A stretch of DNA of 64,000 nt from Steroidobacteraceae bacterium. Lineage in GTDB: Bacteria; Pseudomonadota; Gammaproteobacteria; Steroidobacterales; Steroidobacteraceae. Of the stretch, positions 29,256-37,695 are shown piece by piece; position 1 is the first letter of the stretch, and each line of letters begins with the position of its first letter. The translations under genes and the position numbers were made by a program. The notes under the pieces were generated by a model. That model was given only the letters and a program-made list of their open reading frames with translations. It was not told the origin of the DNA and ran no database searches. Where the stretch lies: the NCBI GenBank assembly GCA_035542535.1, contig DATKLG010000004.1, positions 20,672 through 84,671 of the forward strand, in the 5' to 3' direction.

Positions 29256-31562
29256 CTACGCCGCGACGGCGAGCGGCAGCGGCTGGGGCCTGCCGATGGC
29301 GTAGCCCTGCAGATAGTCGACGCCCATGCGCCGTGCCGCCTCGAGCGCGGTGGTGTCCTCGACCTGTTCGGCGATCACCTTGAAGTTGAGCGTGCGCGCC
29401 AGCTTGATCATCGCCGTCACCATCGCCTGATTGACGGTGTCGCGCGCGAGGTTGCGGATGAAGGAGCCGTCGATCTTGAGGTAGTCGAGCGGCAGGTTCT
29501 TCAGGTTCGAGAAGGAGCCGACGCCCGAGCCGAAGTCATCGAGCGCGAACTTGCAGCCCATGCCATGCAGCACGCCGACGAAGCGCCGCGCGTGCTCGAG
29601 ATTGGCGACCACGGCGCTCTCGGCGATCTCGAAGCAGATCTGCGCCGGCGCGACCCCGGTGCTGTCGAGGCACTCGACCACGAACTCGAGGAACTGCGCG
29701 TCCCCGAGCGTCTGGCCGGAGATATTGATCGCGACGCTGCGGTCGGGCTGCACCACGATGGCGCCGCGCCCGAGCGCCGCGAGCGTCGTCTGCACCACCC
29801 AGCGATCCACCAGCCCCATGAGCCGGTAGCGCTCGGCCGCGCGCATGAACTCCGCGGGCGGCAGCTCCTGGCCGTTCTCGTCGCGCAGGCGGATCAGCAC
29901 CTCCATGGCCGGTCCGCCGTCGCCCCCGTGGGCCGGCACGATGACCTGCTGATAGAGCTGGAAGCGGTTGTCCTTGAGCGCGCCCTGCAGCCGCTGCAGC
30001 CACTGGATCTCGCCGCTGTGGCGGGCGAGCGCCTCATCGCGCGCCGAGTAGACGGCCACCCGGCCGCTGCCCTGCTTCTTGGCGACGTAGCAGGCGGTAT
30101 CGGCCGCGGCCATGAGCTCCTCGAGCGTGCCACTCTCGCGCGAGATCTCCACCAGCCCGACCGACACGCCGATGTTGAAGATGCGGTCCTTCCACACGAA
30201 GCGGTAGTCGCCGACCGAGCGGCAGACGTCGTCGGCGATCTGGCGCGCCTTCTCGAGCGGGCAACCGATGAGCAGCATGCCGAACTCATCGCCCCCGAGC
30301 CGCGCGACCGTATCGCTGTCGCGCACGGCGTCGCGCAGGAGTTTCGCGACCTCGCGCAGCATGCTGTCGCCGGCCAGGTGGCCGCTGGTGTCGTTCACCA
30401 GCTTGAAGCGGTCGAGATCGAGATAGCACAGTACGTGCTGGCCATCGCCCCGATGGCCGCCCTCGATGGCCTCCTCGAGCCGCCGCTCGAACTCGCGGCG
30501 GTTGGCGAGGCCCGTGAGCGCATCGTGGGTCGCCTGGTAGGACATCTGGCGCGCGAGCCCGCGCAGCTCGGTGACGTCGTGCAGCAGCAAGACCGCGCCG
30601 ATGACCTCCTTGGCATCGTTGCGCACCGGTGAGGCCGACAACTCGATCGAGCGCTCGCTGCCGTTGCTGCGCGACAGCAGCAGCGCGCGCCGCCCGAGGC
30701 TCACCGGGGCGCCGCTGGTGAGGGCCTGGTGCACCGGGTCCGAGAGCAGACGGCGGTCACTCTCGTCGACCAGGCTGACGATCTCCTCGAGGAGCTTGCC
30801 GGTCGCCTGGGCGGCATCGCTGCCGGTGAGCCGCTCGGCCGCAGGGTTCAGGAAGGTGATGCGGCCACGCTCGTCGGTGGCGATGATGGCCTCGGCGAGA
30901 GAATTGAGCGCCAGCTGCTGCGGGGTGGGGGCGCTCTCGCCCGCGAGGCGCAGTGCCGGAGTCGTCTGCGTCGGAATGATCTCGACCCCGGTGATGAGGA
31001 GTGCGCTCCCCTTGTCGTAGTCGACCACGGTCGAGGCGACCTCCAGGCGGCTCACCTGGCCCTGCAGCCCCACCATGTCGATCTCGTAGCGCTCGGCTGC
31101 CGATTCCCCCGCGAGCCGGCGGCGGATGTTCTCGCTCACGAGCTCCGAGTATTCCGGCGGCACCAGGTCCCCGAGCCGCCGGCCGATCAGGTCGACGCGG
31201 TCGACGCCGACGAAGCTGGCGAACTGGCGGTTGGCGTACAGGATCACCTCGCGGTGGACCAGCACGGCCTCGTGGATGCGCTCGCCGAGGTCGGCGAACA
31301 GCCGCGGCGCCAGGGCGACGTCGTTCTCGGCGGATCCGGAGCGGGTGAGCAGGTGATTCACGGCCGTCACGAGCGCGGCGACCTCGGGCTTGTCGCTATC
31401 GACCTCGACCCGGCCCGGCAGCCGCCCGCCGATGGCGATGCGCTGCAGCTGCTGCGAGAGCTGCTCGACGCTCTTCAGGTCGCGCCTCTGCAGCCCATAG
31501 AGCAGCAGGAACAGAGCAGCGATGAGCGCGAACAGGAGGCACAACAGCCCGACGATCGACAT
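29256..31562 (-). CDS. membrane-anchored PAS-PAS-GGDEF-EAL signalling protein (c-di-GMP turnover)
   Basis: An N-terminal TM segment is followed by two PAS-like regions. The GGDEF domain has RDSD (RxxD I-site) 5 residues before GGDEF. The EAL domain carries EVLIR, N(INIS), EIAES, DDFGSG, KIDG, EQVE and QGY. Confidence 0.9.
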   Translation of the reverse strand: MSIVGLLCLLFALIAALFLLLYGLQRRDLKSVEQLSQQLQRIAIGGRLPGRVEVDSDKPEVAALVTAVNHLLTRSGSAENDVALAPRLFADLGERIHEAVLVHREVILYANRQFASFVGVDRVDLIGRRLGDLVPPEYSELVSENIRRRLAGESAAERYEIDMVGLQGQVSRLEVASTVVDYDKGSALLITGVEIIPTQTTPALRLAGESAPTPQQLALNSLAEAIIATDERGRITFLNPAAERLTGSDAAQATGKLLEEIVSLVDESDRRLLSDPVHQALTSGAPVSLGRRALLLSRSNGSERSIELSASPVRNDAKEVIGAVLLLHDVTELRGLARQMSYQATHDALTGLANRREFERRLEEAIEGGHRGDGQHVLCYLDLDRFKLVNDTSGHLAGDSMLREVAKLLRDAVRDSDTVARLGGDEFGMLLIGCPLEKARQIADDVCRSVGDYRFVWKDRIFNIGVSVGLVEISRESGTLEELMAAADTACYVAKKQGSGRVAVYSARDEALARHSGEIQWLQRLQGALKDNRFQLYQQVIVPAHGGDGGPAMEVLIRLRDENGQELPPAEFMRAAERYRLMGLVDRWVVQTTLAALGRGAIVVQPDRSVAINISGQTLGDAQFLEFVVECLDSTGVAPAQICFEIAESAVVANLEHARRFVGVLHGMGCKFALDDFGSGVGSFSNLKNLPLDYLKIDGSFIRNLARDTVNQAMVTAMIKLARTLNFKVIAEQVEDTTALEAARRMGVDYLQGYAIGRPQPLPLAVAA

Positions 31563-31796
31563 CTAGAGTACTTCTCGAGCCCTTCCGCTTGGATCGGGTA
31601 CACGCCCCTTGCGGCACTCTGATTTGACTTCTCGTGCCGGGGGTCGTGGGCTCCCGCAAGCATAACGCGGGGGGGCCACGCCCCGTCGGGATTTCACCAT
31701 ATCTCGTCGCATTCCCGCTTGGCAGGGCCGCTGAAAACCCTTAACTTCTGCGGCCTTTTCCGACGATCAGCTTAAGTGAAATCAGCGGAGTCCTCG

Positions 31797-32447
31797 ATGC
31801 AGCAGGCCGAGCCCCTCGAGCAGATGATCGAACAGCAGGTGCGCGCCTGGGACGTGCTCGACGCGCGCGTCCTCGGGACGCTGCGCCGGGTGCCGCGCGA
31901 GGCGTTCGTTCCGCCGGCGCAGCGCTTCCGTGCCTACGCGGATGCCGAGGTGCCGCTCCCCGAGGGGCAGCACATGCTGCGGCCGAGCGTCGTCGGACGG
32001 TTGCTGCAGGCGCTCGAGGCCGCACCCGGCGCACGGGTACTCGAGGTGGGCGCCGGCTCCGGGTTCGTGACGGCGTGCCTGCGGGCGGCGGGCGCCCGCG
32101 TGCGCTCACTCGAGCTGTACGCGCAGCTGGCGGAGCTCGCGGCGCGTAATCTCGCCGCCTTCGGCATGGGCGACGTCGAGATCGTGAATGCGGATGCCCT
32201 CAACGCCGACAGCGACGCCCGCTACGACGCCATTGCGGTCACGGGGTCGCTGCCCCTCTACGACCCGCGCTTCGAGCGGCAGCTCGAGGTCGGCGGCCGC
32301 CTGTTCGTCGTGGTCGGTGAGGCCCCGGTGATGGAGGCACGGTTGGTGCGGCGCATCAGCGAGACCGCCTGGGCCACCGACAGCCTGTTCGAGACCGTGA
32401 TCGACCCGCTGGTGAACGCGCCGCGACCGGCGCGCTTCAGCTTCTGA
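31797..32447 (+). CDS. protein-L-isoaspartate O-methyltransferase family protein
   Basis: SAM-binding motif VLEVGAGSGFVTACL is present. The pcm-like gene lies directly upstream of tolC. ATG 31797 follows a GGAG SD; the track start is GTG 31776. Confidence 0.75.
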   Translation: MQQAEPLEQMIEQQVRAWDVLDARVLGTLRRVPREAFVPPAQRFRAYADAEVPLPEGQHMLRPSVVGRLLQALEAAPGARVLEVGAGSGFVTACLRAAGARVRSLELYAQLAELAARNLAAFGMGDVEIVNADALNADSDARYDAIAVTGSLPLYDPRFERQLEVGGRLFVVVGEAPVMEARLVRRISETAWATDSLFETVIDPLVNAPRPARFSF

Positions 32448-32451
32448 AGCC

Positions 32452-33966
32452 ATGCCAAGGGGGATCGCCATCGTGAAGCGTGCCGCAACTCTCGCCTGCC
32501 TGCTCGCCGGCTTCGCCGGCCCGGCAGCACCGAAGGACCTGGTCGGCGTGTTCGAGGACGCGCTGCAGAACGATCCCGTGATCCGCCAGGCGGATGCCAA
32601 CCGGCTTGCCGCCCGTGAGTCCAAGCCGCAGGCGCTCGCGGCGCTGCTGCCGCAGCTGAACGGTACCGCTGGCCTGACACGCGACCACAGCTCAGGCTTC
32701 GAGAGCTCCGTCTTCGAGGTGTCGAACCCGGCCAACCCCAACGCTCCGCCGCAACTGGTGGTGACACAGATTCCGGACCAGATCGACAACACCGTCCAGC
32801 AGTGGGCGCTCAACCTGCGGCAGAACGTGTTCTCGTGGTCGAACTGGATGACGCTCAAGGCCGCGAGCGCCCAGGTGGCTGAGGCGGAGGCCACCTACCA
32901 GGCCGCCGAACAGCAGCTGATCCTGCGCGTCGCGACCGCCTACTTCAACGTGCTGACGGCCGACGACACGCTCGAGGCGGACCAGGCAGCGCTCGAGGCC
33001 ATCTCCCGCCAGCTCGACCAGGCGACGACGCGCTTCGACGTCGGGCTCATCGCCATCACGGACGTCGAGGATGCCAAGGCGGCGCGCGACACGGCCGCCG
33101 CCGCCGTGATCGCCGACAAGCGCACGCTCGCGACCTCCGAGTATCAGCTGCAGGAGATCACCGGGCAGAAGTACGACCGGCTCGCCAAGCCCGGGGTGGA
33201 CATGCCGCTCTTGAACCCCGAGCCCGCCGACGAGACCCGCTGGGTGAACATCTCGCTCGAGCAGAACCCGACGCTCATCTCGAGCCGCCTCGCCGCAGAC
33301 ATCGCCCGCGACAACGTGCGCGTGGCCGTCGGCGGCCATCTGCCGACCCTCGACCTGGTGGCGGGACGCTCCTTCAACTATACGAGCTCGGACCAGATCT
33401 TCGGTGGCCAGTCATTCTCCAACCTCGACAGCAAGATCAACGACCGTCAGGTCGGCCTGCAGTTCACGCTGCCGATCTTCAGCGGCGGCTTCACCCAGTC
33501 GAAAGTCCGCCAGGCCGAATACCAGTGGATCGCCGCCAAGGAGGGCGTGGTGCAGAGCTCGCGCGCCACCGAGCGCCAGGCGCGCGATGCCTATCTCGGC
33601 GTAATCAGCGGGATCTCGCGCGTCCAGGCGCTGCGCCAGGCGCTCGCCTCGAACCAGACGGCGCTCAAGGCCACGGAAGCGGGCTACGAAGTCGGCACGC
33701 GCACTTCGGTCGACCTCCTGAACGCGCGCCGCAACCTGGTGCAGGCGCAGACCAACTATGCGGTGGCCCGCTACGACTACATCGTGGAGGTGCTCACGCT
33801 GCGCCTCGCAGCCGGCACGCTCAACCGCCCCGAGCTCGTCTCCGTCAACAACTGGCTCACCACCAGCGCGCCGACCTCGCCCGCCGTGCCGACGCCCGAG
33901 ACGCTCGCGCCGACGGTCCCCCCGGCGGAAGCCACCCCACCGCCGAAGCCGCAGGGCGCCCGCTGA
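32452..33966 (+). CDS. tolC: TolC family outer-membrane channel protein
   Basis: It has the TolC N-terminus DLVGVFEDALQNDPVIRQADANRLAARE and two structural repeats, and ends in a Pro-rich tail. An alternative start is GTG 32473. Confidence 0.9.
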   Translation: MPRGIAIVKRAATLACLLAGFAGPAAPKDLVGVFEDALQNDPVIRQADANRLAARESKPQALAALLPQLNGTAGLTRDHSSGFESSVFEVSNPANPNAPPQLVVTQIPDQIDNTVQQWALNLRQNVFSWSNWMTLKAASAQVAEAEATYQAAEQQLILRVATAYFNVLTADDTLEADQAALEAISRQLDQATTRFDVGLIAITDVEDAKAARDTAAAAVIADKRTLATSEYQLQEITGQKYDRLAKPGVDMPLLNPEPADETRWVNISLEQNPTLISSRLAADIARDNVRVAVGGHLPTLDLVAGRSFNYTSSDQIFGGQSFSNLDSKINDRQVGLQFTLPIFSGGFTQSKVRQAEYQWIAAKEGVVQSSRATERQARDAYLGVISGISRVQALRQALASNQTALKATEAGYEVGTRTSVDLLNARRNLVQAQTNYAVARYDYIVEVLTLRLAAGTLNRPELVSVNNWLTTSAPTSPAVPTPETLAPTVPPAEATPPPKPQGAR

Positions 33967-33977
33967 TCGAGTCCTGC

Positions 33978-34135
33978 TGCGCAGCGGGCAAAAGCCGCGT
34001 CTTTTGCCCGCGGCAACGAAGCTGATGTCCGCCGAAATCGCTCCCCGATGCGCAGCCGGCAAAAACGACGCTTTTTGCCGGCGGTCAACGGAGTGATGTC
34101 CGCCGAAATCGCTTCCTGCGATTTCGGCCAATTAA
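33978..34135. repeat. structured intergenic repeat, two tandem ~67-bp units plus closing hairpin arm (copies B1, B2)
   Basis: Unit 1 spans 33978-34044 and unit 2 spans 34049-34116, at roughly 80% identity by eye. Each has an 11-bp hairpin (33984-33994/34001-34011 and 34055-34065/34072-34082). A terminal hairpin lies at 34102-34112/34118-34128, followed by CCAATTAA. The array fills the whole tolC-waaA convergent spacer. Confidence 0.9.
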
Positions 34136-34136
34136 A

Positions 34137-35399
34137 TCACAGCAACGGCTCGATCAGCGCCAGTAGCTTCTCGAGCGCTCCGCGGCTGCCCTCGACGCAG
34201 GCGCGGCCCTCGGCGCCGATGCGGGCGCGCTCAGCCGGATCCGCGAGCAACGCGCTCACGCGCGCTCCGAGCTCCGCGGCGTTGTGCACGACCTCGGCGG
34301 CGCCGCGCGCGATGAGCAGCCGCGCCACCTCGGCACCGTTGAAATTGTGGGGGCCCGTGAGGACGGGTATGCCGAGCGCGGCGGGCTCGAGCAGATTGTG
34401 GCCGCCCACCGGAACGAGGCTCCCGCCGACGAAGGCGACGTCGGCCGCCGCGTAGAACTCGAGCAGCTCCCCGAGCGAATCGAGCAGCAACACCTCGGGT
34501 GCCTCGGCGAAGTCCGCCACGCCGGCCTCCGAGCGGCGCACGAAGCGCACCCCGGCCGCCGCGAGCTGCTGCGCCACGGACGCGAAACGCGCCGGGTGCC
34601 GCGGTGCGATGACGAGCAGCGCCCCGTGGTGGGCCTCTCGCACCTGGCGCTGCGCCTCGAGCGCCGCCGCTTCCTCGCCCTCGTGAGTGCTGCCGGCCAC
34701 CCACAAGGCCCGCCCCGGCGCGCATTGCGCCCGCAACTGCCGCCCGCGCTCGGCGAGGCCCGCCGGCAGCTCGAAGTCGAACTTGAGGTTGCCGGTGACG
34801 TGCGTGCTGTCGGGATCGGCACCGAGCGCGCGGAAGCGCGCCGCATCCGCCTCGCCCTGGGCCGCGATCACCGACGCCTGCGCGAGCGCGTCGCCGAACA
34901 GCGCGCCGAGGCGCCGGTAGCGGCCGAGCGAGCGCTCGGAGATGCGCGCGCTCGCCAGCACCAGCGGCACCCGCCGCCGTCCGCATTCGCGGTAGAGATT
35001 GGGCCACAGCTCGGTCTCGAAGATCACCGCGAGCCGCGGATCGACGCGCCGCAGGAAGCGCCGCACGGCGCCCGGCAGGTCGAAGGGCACGTAGCGCACG
35101 TCGGCGAGGTTGCCGACCAGCGCACGGGCGCGCGCGGCGCCGGTGGGCGTGAAGGTCGTCACGGTGAGCGCCAGCTGCGGATGGCGGCGGTAGAGCGCGC
35201 TCACCAGCGGAGCGCACGCCTGCACCTCGCCGACCGAGACGGCGTGCAGCCACACGCCCTGCGGCGTGCGCGGCGTCCCGAAGCCGAAGCGCTCGCGGAA
35301 GTTATGCCAGTAGCTGCGGTCGCGCAGGCCGCGCCACAGCAGCACGACCGAGATGAGCGGCGCGGTGAGGTAGGCCGCGATCAGGTACAGCAGACGCAC
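34137..35399 (-). CDS. waaA: 3-deoxy-D-manno-octulosonic acid (Kdo) transferase
   Basis: RLLYLIAAYLTAPLISVVLLWRGLRDRSYWHNFRERFG...WLHAVSVGEV is typical of WaaA/KdtA. GTG 35399 follows GAAGGGA and gives 420 aa. The track ORF is extended upstream into kdkA. Confidence 0.9.
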   Translation of the reverse strand: MRLLYLIAAYLTAPLISVVLLWRGLRDRSYWHNFRERFGFGTPRTPQGVWLHAVSVGEVQACAPLVSALYRRHPQLALTVTTFTPTGAARARALVGNLADVRYVPFDLPGAVRRFLRRVDPRLAVIFETELWPNLYRECGRRRVPLVLASARISERSLGRYRRLGALFGDALAQASVIAAQGEADAARFRALGADPDSTHVTGNLKFDFELPAGLAERGRQLRAQCAPGRALWVAGSTHEGEEAAALEAQRQVREAHHGALLVIAPRHPARFASVAQQLAAAGVRFVRRSEAGVADFAEAPEVLLLDSLGELLEFYAAADVAFVGGSLVPVGGHNLLEPAALGIPVLTGPHNFNGAEVARLLIARGAAEVVHNAAELGARVSALLADPAERARIGAEGRACVEGSRGALEKLLALIEPLL

Positions 35400-35412
35400 G
35401 GCGCGCTTCCCT

Positions 35413-36123
35413 TCAGGCGGCCGGTGCCAGCTCGGAGCCCGGGCTGCCGGAGGACTGACGGTAGCCATCGAGCAACCCGTGCCAGTCCGCCTCGCCGAAG
35501 CGCTCGGGCGGCAGCCCCCAGGTGATCTTCTCGAGCGAGCGGCGCAGGCGCACCAGGTTCCCGTCGCGCCACAGTCCGCCGCCACGCAGCTCACTGCGGT
35601 CGAAGTCGACCAGATAGACCTGGTCCTCGGCGAGCAGCACGTTGTGCGCGTTGAGGTCGGCATGGCAGACGCCGAGATCGTGGAAGCGGCGGATGCAGCG
35701 CCCGATGGATATCCAGGTGAGGATGGACAGCGCGCCGGTGCGCAGACACTCGGCGAGCGAGCCCACCGTCGCGAGGCGCTCGGTGATGAGGTCGCCGGTA
35801 TAGGCGAGTCCGCGGCGCCGGTAGCACGCGGCGATCGGCGCCGGCACCGGCAGTCCCGCGCGGTGCAGGCTGTAAGTCAGCTGCCACTCGGCGAACGGCC
35901 GGGTGTGGTCCTCGCCCCGCCAGAGGTAGTGATCGGTGGCCAGATGCGCCGCGAGTCCGCCGCGGCGGTAGTGGCGCAGCACGTAACGACGCGACTCGGT
36001 GCCGATAAACCAGGCTGCACCACGCCCGCCCGCGGCGCCCTCGAGCGAGCCGAGCGCCTGCCAGTACTTCGGCGTAAACCACTCGGCGGTCAAATTGCTC
36101 ACGCGGGAGGCGTCATATAGCAT
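35413..36123 (-). CDS. kdkA: 3-deoxy-D-manno-octulosonic acid kinase
   Basis: 236 aa from ATG 36123. It shows the Kdo/LPS-kinase pattern (YVLRHYRRGG, GDLITERL, FHDLGVCHADLNAHNVLL, YLVDFDR). It lies immediately upstream of waaA. Confidence 0.85.
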   Translation of the reverse strand: MLYDASRVSNLTAEWFTPKYWQALGSLEGAAGGRGAAWFIGTESRRYVLRHYRRGGLAAHLATDHYLWRGEDHTRPFAEWQLTYSLHRAGLPVPAPIAACYRRRGLAYTGDLITERLATVGSLAECLRTGALSILTWISIGRCIRRFHDLGVCHADLNAHNVLLAEDQVYLVDFDRSELRGGGLWRDGNLVRLRRSLEKITWGLPPERFGEADWHGLLDGYRQSSGSPGSELAPAA

Positions 36124-36198
36124 GGCGCCGCCCGCGAGCGCGCCGCGTTTCACCTCAGGCCCGAGCGCCCAGCGCCCACTCACGATCCTGACTCCATC

Positions 36199-37251
36199 AT
36201 GCTGCCTCTCGCCGAACCGCCGCGCAGTGTCTGCATCCTCAGGCTGTCGGCGATCGGGGATACCTGCCACGTCGTGCCGATCGTGCGCACCCTGCAGCAG
36301 GCATGGCCGGCGACGCAGCTGACCTGGATCGTCGGGCGAACCGAAGCGCGCCTCATGAGCCTCATCGAGGGCGTCGAGTTTATCACCGTGAACAAGGGCG
36401 CAGGACTCGCCGCGTGGCGCGCGCTGCGCGCGCAGCTGCGCGGCCGGCAGTTCGACGTGCTGCTGCACATGCAGCTGGCGCTGCGCGCGAGCCTCGCGGC
36501 ACTCGCCGTTCCGGCGACCATCAAGCTCGGCTTCGATCGCGCCCGCGCCCGCGAGCTGCAGTGGCTGTTCACCAACCGCCGCATCGCCGCCAACACCCGC
36601 GAGCACGTCCTCGACAGCTTCTTCGGCTTCCCCGCCGCGCTCGGCATCCGCGAGCGCCTGCTGCGCTGGGATGTGCCGCTGCCGGCGGCGGCGCGCGCCT
36701 ACGCCGAACGGCTGATACCCGATGCCCGGCCGACGCTCGTGATCAGTCCCTGCTCGAGCCACGCGCGGCGCAACTGGAGCGAGGAGCGCTACGCGGCACT
36801 CGCCCGCCACGCCGTCAGCCGGCATGCCATGCGGGTGATACTCGCGGGCGGTCCGAGCGCGGCCGAACGGCGCGCCGGGGAGGCGATCGCGCGCGGCGCG
36901 GGCGTGGCGCTCGTAAACCAGGTCGGACAGGACACGCTGCCGGAGCTGCTGGCGCTGCTCGCGCGCGCGACCGTGCTGCTGAGTCCTGACTCGGGCCCCG
37001 TGCACATGGCGACCATGGTCGGCACGCCGGTGATCGGGCTGTACGCAGCGACCAACCCGGCGCGCAGCGGGCCGTATCTGTCGGGGCGCTGGTGCGTCGA
37101 CGCCTACCCGCGCGCGGCGCGCGCCTTCCGCGGCTGCGAGCCGCAGGAGCTCCCCTGGGGGCACAAGATAGAGGAGCCGGGCGTCATGGACCTCATCGGG
37201 GTCGAGGAGGTCACCGCCCGGCTCGATGAGTTGCTAGGATCGCGCCCATGA
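36199..37251 (+). CDS. glycosyltransferase family 9 (LPS heptosyltransferase-like)
   Basis: It has the GT9 N-terminus VCILRLSAIGDTCHVVPIVRTLQQAWP and the C-terminal LLSPDSGPVHMATMVGTPVIGLY. It is divergent from kdkA-waaA. Confidence 0.85.
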   Translation: MLPLAEPPRSVCILRLSAIGDTCHVVPIVRTLQQAWPATQLTWIVGRTEARLMSLIEGVEFITVNKGAGLAAWRALRAQLRGRQFDVLLHMQLALRASLAALAVPATIKLGFDRARARELQWLFTNRRIAANTREHVLDSFFGFPAALGIRERLLRWDVPLPAAARAYAERLIPDARPTLVISPCSSHARRNWSEERYAALARHAVSRHAMRVILAGGPSAAERRAGEAIARGAGVALVNQVGQDTLPELLALLARATVLLSPDSGPVHMATMVGTPVIGLYAATNPARSGPYLSGRWCVDAYPRAARAFRGCEPQELPWGHKIEEPGVMDLIGVEEVTARLDELLGSRP

Positions 37252-37640
37252 ACGACATCCAGGTGCCCATCTCACCGGGCGAGCTGCTCGACAAGATCAC
37301 CATCCTGAGGATCAAGGCCGCCCGCATCCTCGATGCCGCCAAGCTCGCCAACGTGAAGACCGAGCTGGCCCTGCTCGAGTCGACCTGGCGCGACTCGGGT
37401 TGCGCCGCTCCCGGCCTGGCGCAGGAGGAACGCGCGCTCAGCCGGGTGAACGAGCAGCTGTGGGACATCGAGGACCGGATCCGCGACAAGGAAGCGAAGC
37501 AGACCTTCGACCGCGAGTTCATCGAGCTGGCGCGCGCCGTGTACGTCTCGAACGACGAGCGCGCCGCGATCAAGAAGCGCATCAACACGCAGCTCGGCTC
37601 GCGCATCATCGAGGAAAAGTCCTACAAGCAGTATCGCTAG
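37248..37640 (+). CDS. small conserved helical protein of unknown function (DUF6165-like, recalled from memory)
   Basis: 130 aa, ISPGELLDKITILRIKAARI...NEQLWDIEDRIRDKE. The ATG overlaps the GT9 stop (ATGA at 37248-37251), so the two are translationally coupled. Confidence 0.6.
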   Translation: MNDIQVPISPGELLDKITILRIKAARILDAAKLANVKTELALLESTWRDSGCAAPGLAQEERALSRVNEQLWDIEDRIRDKEAKQTFDREFIELARAVYVSNDERAAIKKRINTQLGSRIIEEKSYKQYR

Positions 37641-37695
37641 GACGGCAGGTCCGCCGGGCGGGCAGCCTTGGGGTTCGCACGATACAATTCAGCCT

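Noticed and set aside
31583-31722. Direct repeat TTCCGCTTGG / TTCCCGCTTGG in the spacer between the GGDEF-EAL gene and the pcm-like gene
   Set aside because: Only an 8-nt exact core (CCGCTTGG) is shared, and the repeats are ~130 nt apart with no symmetry. This is too weak to call a regulator binding site from sequence alone.
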